A stretch of 64,000 bases of DNA from Daphnia carinata (Eukaryota): positions 2,294,001 to 2,358,000 of the forward strand of contig NC_081332.1 in assembly GCF_022539665.2 (NCBI RefSeq), in the 5' to 3' direction. The notes below the pieces were generated by a model. That model was not told the origin of the DNA. It made no database searches and was given only the letters and a program-made list of their open reading frames with translations. Each line of letters opens with the position of its first letter. Position 1 is the stretch's first letter. Of the stretch, positions 1 to 12,939 are shown in pieces. A program made the translations under genes and the position numbers.

Positions 1-22
1 CCTAATGTGTTAACATTTATAG

Positions 23-1268
23 ACTACTTCCCGAAATCATATCTGCTGAAGCAACCAAATGTAAAGAAGAATTAGACGGAGATCAAGAAAAAACTGAGCG
101 ATCTCCTCCTCCAGCGCTCTTGCTTCCTATAGAAAAAGCCAATCTGGAGGATCTTGACGAACTTCGTTGCGGAGATTTGCACACCGTTGAACCCTACAGC
201 CAGGAATGCCAACAAATATTAGGTTACTTCTTGGGTTGGGACCTTATCCTTCGTCTGTGCGGAAGTTCTGATTCAGAATTGCGCTATCAATACGCATCCT
301 ATTTGACCAACTCCAAACTCATTTCGCGGCTAATGGACATCTTGTTTTGCATCATACCGCATGCCACCTTCCAACAACAAGCCAATCTGGATATGGAATT
401 TCGACCTGACATTACGTTGACTGAAAAAATCATCCAGGATATCGCAATAATGATTTACTCTTCTGCACTGAGGCATCTTCCTGCCGTCGTTAGACGGTGG
501 TGTAACAATGCAGATAAAAGAACGGCCAGCTTAGTTGAGAAATTCACATCTCGGTAATTTGTTCTACAGTCGATTTCTTTTTGTTGACGTCTGTCTAATG
601 TTAATTTGTTTTTATTTTGACACAAAGGTGTGTTAGCCCGGTTCTGTGTTCATTAGATTTGCAGTTTTGCACGAAAACGTGGGATAACATGACAGTTCGT
701 GTTCGGCCCACGGCTAGAGAAGTTATCGCCACTTACAAACTGAATGAAGAAGGCTCCATGGAACTGATAATGCAATTACCCGCCAACTATCCGTTGGGGA
801 ATATTGTGGTAGAGACTGGACGTAAAGTGGGAGTTACCGCAAACCAATGGCGGAGCTGGATATTACAGTAAACATTTTAATTTAATTGTCTTTGCTTTTT
901 ATTTGAAGAAACTTTTCTAATCTTTCTTTTCGTTTCCTTCAGATTGCAGACTTTTTTGATGCAACAGGTTTTTTACAGTTTATCTATTTTCAATTTAATT
1001 TAATTTCGTCATAACATTTTCTGGTGTTCTCCACTTCTAGAATGGATCGATATTGGATGGTCTCACCCTGTGGAAACGCAATGTTGATAAAAGATTTGAA
1101 GGCATTGAAGAGTGCTACATTTGTTATTACGTACTGCACGGTTCGAATTATCAGTTACCGAAGCTGAGCTGTCGCACATGCCGCAAGAAATTTCATGCAG
1201 ATTGCCTTTACAAGTGGTTTAGCACGAGCAACAATTCAACGTGCCCGCTCTGTCGTAACTTGTTCTAA
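23..1268 (+). CDS. LTN1: E3 ubiquitin ligase listerin, 3' part (gene starts upstream of the window). Exons 23-553, 628-867, 943-967, 1041-1268
   Basis: Spliced frame is continuous over GT-AG introns. It gives an RWD-like region ([14 protein letters not shown]...LPANYPLG...[24 protein letters not shown]) and a C-terminal RING ([12 protein letters not shown]...[32 protein letters not shown]), typical of listerin. Confidence 0.95.
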
Positions 1269-1610
1269 ACATATTCTTTGTTTTGCTTCACTCGTTAAGC
1301 GTAAATAAGATGAGGTAATATGGGAACAAAAACTATAAAGCGGAAAAATGTATTCCTTGCAAAGTGAAAATACAAAGTTTTAAGGTTCGGGATTTAAAAT
1401 GGAAGGAATACCAGATTGTTCGACTTCTATAAAATACATTACCATGGGAATGCAAGTGTTGTAAGTGAATTCCGTACCCTAAAATGGAACATCGTCTTAT
1501 GCGAAATTTGGTCGGGTATAACGTTCGGACGCAAGGCACACTATCACTCATTAGAAGAAAAAAACAAAAGATACGGCAATTATCTTTGAAAGTAATTCAT
1601 GGACCGTAAA
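1266..1610 (+). repeat. Left arm of a ~340 bp inverted repeat (partner 3773-4107)
   Basis: Manual alignment to the reverse complement of 3773-4107 gives about 20 substitutions and 3 small indels. Example: 1501 gcgaaatttggtcgggtataacgttcggacgcaaggcacactatcactc is the exact reverse complement of 3829 gagtgatagtgtgccttgcgtccgaacgttatacccgaccaaatttcgc. Confidence 0.95.
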
Positions 1611-2033
1611 CATTTTGGATGGGATTTCCCAGAAAGAACGCTTTATTCTACTAATCGAAAAGTCCCGCACCAACTGATATCGTGCTTGGTATTAAAGCAC
1701 CGCCTCTCATTCATTTATGTATAAGCATGATTACCAGTGAAAGGAGTCCGATAAATCTCAACGAAAACGTAACTCTTGTTATCAAATTCAAAGAAAGTTA
1801 CACCACGTTTAAATTAAATTCGGGCCCGTAATATGTTAAGAATTTAGATAGTAGATGTCGTTGTAGTGCAGGAGACTTGGGTGTTTCCTTGTTATGTCAA
1901 TTTAAGGCCATGCGAGCAAGTGGTATGGATGCGTAGAGAAATTAACATTCACGATATACATGTAACGTGAAAGAATCTCAAGCGAATCATTTTATCAGTT
2001 CCTCACTCCACATTAGAAAATTTGCTTTTGAAA

Positions 2034-3484
2034 ATGAGTTCCAAGAAATTAGCCATGTATGTGTGTGTTGCCTGGATGATGGCGATCTTCGGATCTTCTT
2101 TCGCCACAACTTGCCCTCCAGATTTCGGAGGTCGCTGTATTTGCGGAAAAGCAAACTATAATGGCAGACAGAGATATTTGGTAAATTGTACCAACACTCA
2201 ATTCAATGATGCTGCTATGCTTGAAAAGTTACCAGTCCAAACTGAGGTAGTAATTTTCACAGGTAAGCTTTGTTGTAGTGATTATGTTTTCTTTTGTTTA
2301 ACTAACACCTTTTTATACCCAGGAAACAATGTCACTAGTATGCCTTGGAATGTATTTGGGAAAATGAATGACTACCCATATCTTGAAGTAATTGATATGA
2401 CCAATAATAACATACAAGAAATCAAGGGAAAAACTTACCACCATGTCCGAAATGTGAAAACTCTGATTTTGAATCACAATCAGCTAAATATTACAGGAGA
2501 CAAGACACACCCTAGAATCTTCTCAAATTTTGTGAATTTGGAATCTCTCCATTTGACTAATGCCTTTTCAGAGAGTGTTGATTCAAAGGAATATTTGGTT
2601 GCCTTGGAACAAATATTTGTTGGATCTAACCTGACAAAATTAGCTAAAGTGCATTTGGAGCAAAATGAAATCTGGTCGATAAAAAACCCAAACATCTTCT
2701 GCACTCTGCCATCATTGATGGACATTCAGCTTGGAGATAACAACATTTCCGACATCAGTTTCAATGTTGGCTGCATACATAACCTTAGATTTATTGATCT
2801 AAGAAATAATAAGATTCATAGCCTGTCCAACAATACACTTGCCATGTTTGAAGAGCTACCAGACCAAGGTCTAGGAGTCAAATTAGATTTGATGGTAAAA
2901 ACCTTAAATTGCTCGTAAAAAATTCAAAATCTAAATGTTGTCTTTTGTTTTTAGGGCAACCCTTTCGTTTGCGATTGCCAAATAGCTGATCTTTTGAATT
3001 GGCTCCGGACTACTAAAGTTGATGTACTTGAAAAAGAGTCCTACATGTAAGGAAAACTAAATAATGTTTGTCAGTATTTGCCTTATTGTTATTGGTCCTT
3101 TTTGTCATTTAGATGCTATGATGGTCTTCCAGCTTCAAATGCTAATGAGCAATTGTATAATGTGCACCAAATTCAATGTGCTTTTGCCCCAAAACAGGTA
3201 AGCTCACTAGGCATCTATATTTTGCCTTAGAGTATTTCAAATAAACCGTTCTCCATGTGGTTGCACCGCTAACCGAATATATCTTCTGTTGGCAGGAATA
3301 TCAAGGAACCACAGTTCTACTTGGAATACTTTTATTCTTGATGACTTCCTTGATCCTCATCATTGGTTATATGAACTTCACCAGTGTTCGTACTGGTACT
3401 ATGGCTTTATGGGAAAAAGTGGTTCATAGGGGCCAGTATACCCACATTCTTAGCAAACCGGAGGAACAAGAAGTTCATGTGTAG
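2034..3484 (+). CDS. Type-I membrane leucine-rich-repeat protein (trophoblast glycoprotein/5T4-like architecture). Exons 2034-2262, 2323-2894, 2955-3046, 3113-3197, 3296-3484
   Basis: Signal-peptide-like N-terminus, LRR-NT (TCPPDFGGRCIC), LxxLxLxxNxI repeats, LRR-CT (GNPFVCDC...ICYDG), a hydrophobic TM segment (VLLGILLFLMTSLILIIGYM) and a short tail ending EVHV*. Introns are GT-AG and preserve frame. The family name is inferred from architecture only. Confidence 0.85.
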
Positions 3485-3772
3485 TAAGCCATTCTTTGAA
3501 AACAGCATTCCGTTCATAATTTCCGTCCATTTTTTATATTCCTCCTATTGAAATCTTGATGCAATGACATTGGCGTTACTAGAAGCCACCCTTGCCATTG
3601 CCGTTAATTGTTGTAATGGCGGATTTTAAAAATTGCACAGCTATAGCTAGATATTTAGAGATGCCGACAACTACCGTCATACGCTACATAACTACTTTCT
3701 TATGCAATCATGTCTTATTTTCTGATTCAGCCTGTCCTCAATCTTAGCGTATGGTTCATGAAGACCGCCAAT

Positions 3773-4107
3773 TTTAACGGTCGACGAATTACGTTCAAAG
3801 ATAGTTGCCATATCTTTTTTTTTCTAACGAGTGATAGTGTGCCTTGCGTCCGAACGTTATACCCGACCAAATTTCGCATAAGATGATGTTCCATTTTAGG
3901 GTTCGGAATTCACTTACAACACTTGTATTCCCATGGTGGTGTATTTTATAAAAGTGTTCGAACAATCTGGTATTCCCTCCATTTTAAATCCCGAACCTTA
4001 GAACTTTGTATTTTCACTTTGCAAGAAATACATTTTTCCGCTTTATAGTTTTTGTTCCCTCATCTTATTTACGCTTGACGAGCGAAGCAAAATAAAGAGT
4101 ATCTTTA
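3773..4107 (-). repeat. Right arm of the ~340 bp inverted repeat (partner 1266-1610)
   Basis: Its reverse complement aligns to 1266-1610. It carries AATAAA on the + strand at 4091-4096. Confidence 0.95.
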
Positions 4108-4336
4108 ACTTTCGCATACCAATTTCAAAGGCTTTTAAATATATCTGGTAGCCACGATATGGTTGCCAATCTGTTACAAATTAGATCAATTCTTTGCTTA
4201 GTGAATCAAAACTGTTCCCTTCCTAATAATATTTGTACTCACTCTTCCTAGCAATAAAACTTCACAATATACACTCCATGTTTCATTACATTTTACAAAC
4301 AGTGTTTTTATTAGCAAACTTTGCCTCAAACAAATA

Positions 4337-5266
<930 letters not shown>

Positions 5267-5947
5267 TGTCACAAAGTTAAAAAAATCATCAACTTGAACG
5301 TTTATTTATTTTGTGAAATACCACTAAGCGGTATTAAATCTAACGTGATAATGTAACCAGCTGGAGAAAAAACTAACATACGAAAAACTTTATTTTTCTG
5401 TTCTATGTCTATTTAAACTTCGAAGGCCTTTTGGCATTTTTGTTGACACTATCTAGTAGTTAGTGTCATAAACTCATAACAGGTGGCGTCTATAGACAAT
5501 TTTGAAAAATAACGATGAAGGAAAAGGTCTGAAGTTGTTGGTCAAGGTGTTGGCCTGAAGTTGATAGCTGCCTGAATTGAAAGCCAAGAACTCGCGTGGA
5601 TTGATCGGTTGATGACCGCCATCGAAAAACCTTTGCATTATTAGTTTATGTAATCGCTATTGGCTATCCTAAGTGATTTACAACTATCACTACTAGTGGT
5701 GAGTTTGTTTGTGCTTGTATTTCTTAAATATACCATTATTGTGTTTGTGTACTCGTACTTATAGTGTTATTGAGATGTAACCATTACGTAGGATTACCGA
5801 TATAACCGTTAGTAAATTTAAAATTTGGTTATGTTCATTGAATTGGTTTGACAAAAGACATGAACTAATTTCCCCTAGCTGGCTGACACTGTTTATTGCA
5901 CATAATATTCTGATGTTTGGTGATTTCCAGATAGAAATCAAACAAAC
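5267..5947. promoter_or_regulatory. Probable bidirectional promoter/5'UTR region between RWDD4 (-) and Srrm234 (+)
   Basis: Divergent ATGs at 5266 and 5948. Position only; no TSS data. Confidence 0.5.
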
Positions 5948-8900
5948 ATGTACAACGGTATTGGACTGCAAACTGCCCGTGGATCTGGAACAAATGGTTA
6001 TGTTACCAGGAATCTAGCGTTTGTACACTCCACGAAGGATAAAGTTAAATACAAAACAGAGGAAGAGATACAAAAGCTAGATTCCATTTCACACAAAAAA
6101 CCAAATCTGGAGATTTTGGACCATGAACGGAAAAGGAAACTGGAGCTGAAATGTCTTGAATTGAGAGAAGATTTAGAAGAGCAAGGGTGAGTTAATTCAT
6201 TTATTACCAAAGCTGTAGAAACTGCTATTATACATAGCACTAGTTGAAATGAAATGGGTCTTTTACATGGTAAATGTATGAAAACTGATTGATCTTGTTA
6301 CACTACTATTGCACCCGATTCTTAAACCAAGATGTGGGATTCCTAGAGGTAAGATATCTTTTTTTAAAGGTTATGATATACAGTTTAGTCCCATTGAAAC
6401 GGTATTTGGTTTAATTTGTCAACTTGTATTCTGTTAGAATAATATAATGTGATTGTGAATAACTTTATATTCAGGTAAAAGAAAATTGGTTCATCGTTGT
6501 ATAGTTCTTATTTATGGTTGGATGACTTTTGAAATTTCGTTGCATTTTATAATTATCTTTTTCATATTTTCAGGATAGACGAGGATATCATTGAATCGAA
6601 ATTAGCCGAGTTCCGTGCTTCGTTGGTGCAGAAAGATGCAGAAAACGGCAAAGATACAACAACCTACGAAACAGATGAATATGGCCGGGTAGTGTAAGTA
6701 CTGTGTAATTTAACAATCGATCAATGCATGTAAAGCGCGTGCGCTCTGAGAAAAATCAATCGTGCTTTGACGGCATGCGCAGTCGTTAGGGGGGGGGGGC
6801 AGAGGAGGGAGAGCAGTCTTGGCTTGGACGTACTATTAGACTAAGGATGTTTGCGATCTATCGGGACGCTTCGTATTTTCATTTAGTGATAATGGTGTAA
6901 CTTCATTTTAACTTTTTTGTGACTTTCCAGTCTTCCAATTTAAGTGCTCCTTAGGCTCATTAATCTTAAATGTAAAGTCAAGGGAATCAGTCTTCCATTC
7001 TCGTAGCCTTTGGTTTAAAATTGTCTATCGTCATATCCAATCTTATTATGTCATATCCTTCATCTGAGCTTTTCCAGCGGGTTTGGCAAGAGGCAATACG
7101 CGTTGTATTGCTCCAACACCAGGTGACTGATCATTTTCATGATCCGGTTATCCACCAACCGGGAATAACGAGCAAAGGATTGGTTAATCCCATTAGTGGT
7201 TTAATAAAATGTCCCTGTCTCATGACACATGCACTTCTCTTTCCTGGCGGTTCCGTAAAAAAGCGCAAACGAAAACGACGTAAAAAACGTAGACAGATAA
7301 ATTGTAACGAGAAAGTTTCGATTGTTCGTTCAGTTCGGTAATTATTTTCTACGCTAAACTCAAACCATTTGCACGAATTTTCTTATTCTTTCTTATTTTA
7401 ACTATGTATGTCAATAATTAATTATATGTACCATTTTCCTTATTGCAGTGTCCGGGAAACTCACCAGATTGCTGCTGCTCAAGAAGAGAAGAACCGTAGT
7501 CTTCGCCAGGCATTTGGAATTAGCGAATATTTCGTTGAAGGAAGCAGTTTGGATCCTAACCGCAAAGTGCGCGAATCTGCCGCGAAACAAGCAGCTGAGC
7601 AAAAGACGTACACCATCGTTCGCACTCCAAGTCCAGAGCCCCAGGAAGAATCCCAGGTTACCGAAGTTGCTTCTGTTGCACCGCCTAAGTCCAAAAAAAG
7701 CAAGAAATCGAAGAGCAAAAAAAGTAAGAAGAGTAAGAAGAAAGTGGATTCAGAATCAGATGATGAAGAAGGTCAAGAAGAACCTAAAGAGAAAATCAAA
7801 TCGCGAAAATCTCTTGATTCTTCTGATACCAGAAAATCCGATTCCAAACACAACGATCGCCCTGTAAGTCGTACAGAATCTTCGAAGCCATCACGCCATC
7901 GTCATGACACTCCAAGTCCTCCTCGTCGGCGCGCAGGGGACGAATCACAAAATCGTAAGCGCCGTGCAAGTTCAGAAAAGGAAGAAGAGAATCCCAGTCG
8001 AGGTAGACGGGATGAAGTTGAAAGAAAGAAAACTAGAGAAGATGCCCAGTATAATGACGAAAAAAGGGATAGTTCCAGCAGTAGGAGGGAAAGTCGTTAT
8101 GCCCGTTCTTCTTACAGATCGCCGGAAAGAAGCAACAGAAATGATTCACGAAGTGATAGAGACCGCCGCGATAATTACCATTACTCCACACGTCGCGAAG
8201 ATAGCAATCGACCCGATATGTCAAGGAGTGGGCACAAAGAAGTCGAAAGAAAACAAGACGAGAAAGAGAATCGTGAAGTTCAAGGACGCGCACAGTCGAA
8301 ACCGTACGTCACAGAAGATCGCGGTCGTCGGGAAACTGAAAGGCCTTCCGACTTGGTAGCGAACAAAGCAATGGACGAGCCGGTGCAGTTAATTGAGAAA
8401 GTTGCAACTTCGAAACCAGAGGAACCATCCGTTGTGGAGCAAAAAAAGAAAGAGATGACTACCAGTCAACAAACGGAAAAAATGAAAGCTGATTTAGCCA
8501 AACTAGGATCATTCATCGACCAAATTGGACGATCGAAGAAGAAAAAGTCTCGACATGATTCAAGTCGATCGTCATCTTCTTCCAGTTCATCGTCAAGCTC
8601 TGACTCGTCCGACTCGGATGATACTTCTTCTTCTGACTCGGATTCTTCTTCTTCGTCCTCATCGTCGTCGTCATCCTCTTATTCATCCTCATCGTCGTCA
8701 ACACCGTCAAAAAATTCTGCTCCTCGTTCCAAAGATAAACGTTCACCATCTCCCCCACGTCGATCAGGTTCGCCCAGCTGGAAGGACCGTAGGCGTATCA
8801 CCAGGTACAAAGACTCGAAGCGATAAGCTTTTTTACACACCTTTCGTATTGACGGAGCCAAATTGGAATTCGAATAATTTTTTCAGTTTTTCTTGTGTCA

Positions 8901-10141
8901 GTTGTTTCATGCTTTAATCGATTGACGTAAATTCGTTGTATTGGATTTTTTTTTTCAACCTTTTTTCAGCTTCATTCTCCCTTCACTCCATTTGTAGACG
9001 CATGATTTTCGTCTATTGATTTTGTTCGCATCAGTTGGCAATTTATTTTTTAAATACAATTTTGTGTTTACCTCATGGTACGTTTTATTTTGTTTTCTTT
9101 TTTTCTTTTTCTTCCTAGTTTCTGTGTATGTATTTTATAATTCTTCTTTATGTTGGGGTTATGTTAAGATGGCCCAAAATAGTTCTGCTTCCCAGACAGA
9201 AACAAAGGTATACTCTTATCTATTTGCTTCCTCGATTTTCTTAGCGACTTTTAATGGGATGTGTCTCCTTAGAACGGCAAGGTAAGATAAATGTTAAAGA
9301 TAAAGACAGAAGATTCGCATTCAGTTTATTCTGAAATGTGAATATGAATGCTAGATTTAAGTTCAACGCCGACTGCAATCTTTTTTCTTTCTTTTGTTTT
9401 TAATTATTATTATTATTATCATTTTCATTTGGGCCTTAATCCTTATGGACATTTAATGGGGATGTTTATCAGTGAACGGTTGACACTACTTTCACGTCGT
9501 ACAGAATTAACTGAAAACGTTGAAGGTGTCCAGCTTTCACCGGCACATGTGTTGATAGATATTGTACACCTTGCGTCGTGGCAAATAACTTTAAATTAAA
9601 TAATAAAAGCTCCTAGATCATGAAGTTTTATCAATGTTCAAACATGGAATGTATTATACTAACAGCTCTAAATCTTTCAGTGCCAGGAAAAAACCAGTTC
9701 CGTACCAAAGGGTAAACAACAAATGATACAACACAATAATTCAGACGTGTGCGTTTTTTAATGTAATTTTTTTTATGTTGCTAGTGTGCACCTGTGTGGA
9801 GTACGTCTAGCTCAACAGAAAGCATAGACTCTTCCTGGAGAAGCAATTCTAGTTCATCCAGTGGGCGCTTCCGGCGATCTTCAAGTCGTTCGTTCACTCG
9901 TTCAATTAGCCGTTCTTGTTCTCGTTCTCGCTCTCGTTCTAGTTCACCGAGTCAAAGACAAGAGCATTATCGTTACAGATCTCGTTCGTACTCCTCTAGC
10001 GACAGTTCTTCTCTGTTCAGTGTATCCTCCCATTCTACCGTTTTTGACCGATCTCCCAGCATTCTCAGCTGTTATTCTGTCAGCAGCACATCTAGTCATC
10101 ATTCGAGTACAATCTATCGTCAGCGTTCAGTTCAAACATAG
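5948..10141 (+). CDS. SRRM2: SRRM2/CWC21-family (Srrm234, SRm300-like) splicing factor. Exons 5948-6186, 6574-6693, 7449-8804, 9681-9711, 9785-10141 (~700 aa); alternative read-through form stops at 8826 (~578 aa)
   Basis: Invariant N-terminus MYNGIGLQTARGSGTNGYV and cwf21 region (ILDHERKRKLELKC), ETHQIAAAQEEKN...LRQAFGISEYFVEGSS motif, RS/Ser-rich body. The spliced junction 8804/9681 yields RRRITSARKKPVPY, the SRRM C-terminal motif. Confidence 0.92.
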
Positions 10142-11468
10142 TCAACTAATCAACTCATACTACTCAATTCACGTATCTCTGAACGGAGTCTGAATCTCAC
10201 ACGCTTACTTAATAGTGTTGCTTTCGGTGGTCAACCATGGAAACCAAAGTCTTTCCCACTAACGTCATGCAGACAGCTACCATACTGTCTTGATATACCT
10301 TTTGTATTATTTCATTAAAACCAATGGATCTTGTTTCACATGAATTTTTATAACGAAGTGTCGGGTTGTATTCCAGGGTTGCTTATAAAGCTTCCTGGAC
10401 GCTCAGCGTTCACACTATTGGATAATATGTATTTGTAGAGCGTTCACTCAGTTCATTGCAACACTATTAACAGATTGGTTGTATTGCGATGCTTGACTCT
10501 TTGCAAAAGTAAGTTTGTTGTTGCATGCTGCATAGCATTTTTGTTTTCGAGAATTTTTGTATCAATGTAATCTGTCTGGTTATGTGCGCTTTTGCATGAA
10601 TCCTTTGATCTTATTGTAATTTTAGTCCCCACAACTAATGATCTCCGATTACTTTTCCAATTATTACCACATTCCTGATACTCCATCCTTACGCTTTTTC
10701 AATTATTTTGGAAGGCAATGAACATGCAATACTATGATGATCTAACCACCATTTCCACATAGGCTGTTTTTCTAACTGTCTTCACATTTAAAGTGAATTA
10801 ATGCTAATTCCGTTATCGTTTGTGGCGTTCTGTTTGTGGCTTTATATGGTGTCATTGCATTTTATAGAAGGTGAATACATTAACTGAAAAATTCACGTAT
10901 CACTACTTATAACAAAGTCATCATTTAAAATTATTCCACTACTTTTCTGGGGCTTCAAATGCCTTCTTGCTAGCACTTCTTTGTTTTTTTTTTCAAGGGC
11001 TTACAAACGTAAATCGCAAAGCCCTTGCGTTTAAAAAGATAAAAGCATGCTCAACATCCATACTGAAGGCATGTCAGTTTTCGCAACAAGTTGAAAAGCT
11101 TCGGAAGAGACATAGTTAAGTGTCATTTAAGAACACAAGACATTTGATGTAACGGCAATATGTCGAACTACAGCTTTTATTTGTCTACTATATAATAATC
11201 AACATCACAAGAATTACTTTTATTCCAAACATCTGTGGCAACTGAAATTGCGAAACGTGAGCACTATCGGAGCACAACACAGAAGGATGAAAACTTTATT
11301 GAGGGATTTTTCCTTAAACATGGCCAAACGCGACAAGGCAAATGGTGATTGGTCCAAATTTTTCTACACACAACACTGACACGAGACCCGTAGTACCAGG
11401 CAGGGTGAGCAGATTTCACTGTTCTACAGCTGTCTCAAGGAGTGTTAGTTGGTAGAATAACGTATTAG

Positions 11469-12040
<572 letters not shown>

Positions 12041-12939
12041 CTCTACAACGAAGTTCTATATACTATATATTGGAATCTTATTCTTCATATACAAATGTGA
12101 ATGGCTGTATTATTTTTCAAATTTCATTCCAATTTTGGGGTATAATTTCTTACTTTAACCATTTATAAAATTATTTTCCCTGTTTTTCCCTCGGTTATAC
12201 AGTACAATATTTCAGTTGGATGCTTGTTTTGTGGTTCAGGGGTATTTTTTTTTTGTTTATTTTTACCATGTAGTTAATCACTTGTACCTGAATGATTTTA
12301 TTAGAGGAAGCATGTATTCCTCTTATTAATCGTTCCTTTTTAACGAAAAAGAAAGCAAAAACAAAATAAAAATACGTAAATTAAAAAAAATTTAATAAAT
12401 GAAAAAAATAAAGTTTGAAAAAGATAAATAAACGACAACACAATGTTGTTTTCGATAACTATCAGCAACTCGAGGTGATAGAGATTATTCTACTATTTTT
12501 AAAAAACAACTGTTGCCTTTGGCTCCTGAGATCTCAAAATTTCTAGACAGGTATAGTATATGGTTAGCTGTTTGCAACAATGATGTTTATTCTGCTCAAT
12601 GCTCCCAAAAGAGCAATGCTGTATATTTGATTGCAGAAATAGTGTGCGTAGAAAACAAGAAGGAGATTTAACGTGAGTAAAATACGATGAAAGTATGAAA
12701 ATAATAGAAATAATTTCCTTAGTATTTATTTGCTGCTGAATTTTCGCTATCATTTGAAATTTATCTATGGTTATTTATGTTAATTTTTTATTGCTCAAAT
12801 TCCTCCGGGTTAATAACGACAAATATGGAACATCTCCTTTTTTTTGTAGTAAATGGTATCAAGATGACACTAGCGTGCCAGCCTCGTCCATCCGTTTTTG
12901 GCGTTTATCTCCAAAACATTAAACTCAACGTGAAAAAAA

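Noticed and set aside
1333..1551. 72-aa minus-strand ORF inside the left repeat arm
   Set aside because: The ATG is ACG in the other arm, there is no recognisable domain, and it lies antisense to the LTN1 3'UTR.
1266..4107. Pack-MULE or foldback transposon carrying the LRR gene
   Set aside because: No target-site duplication at the outer ends, the left flank is intact LTN1 coding sequence, and there is no transposase. Only a genome-wide copy-number search could revive this.
1266..4107. Selection for a hairpin RNA shown by G:U-biased substitutions between the arms
   Set aside because: Manual tally gave about 9 wobble-compatible versus 7 A:C-type transitions and 4 transversions, so no clear bias.
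7411..8917. Overlapping alternative-frame and antisense ORFs over Srrm234 exon 3
   Set aside because: Expected shadows of low-complexity RS/Ser coding sequence.
9016..9599. Hydrophobic ORFs 9016-9285 and 9348-9599 as membrane micropeptides
   Set aside because: They are translations of U-rich intron sequence; Phe/Tyr runs come from T tracts.
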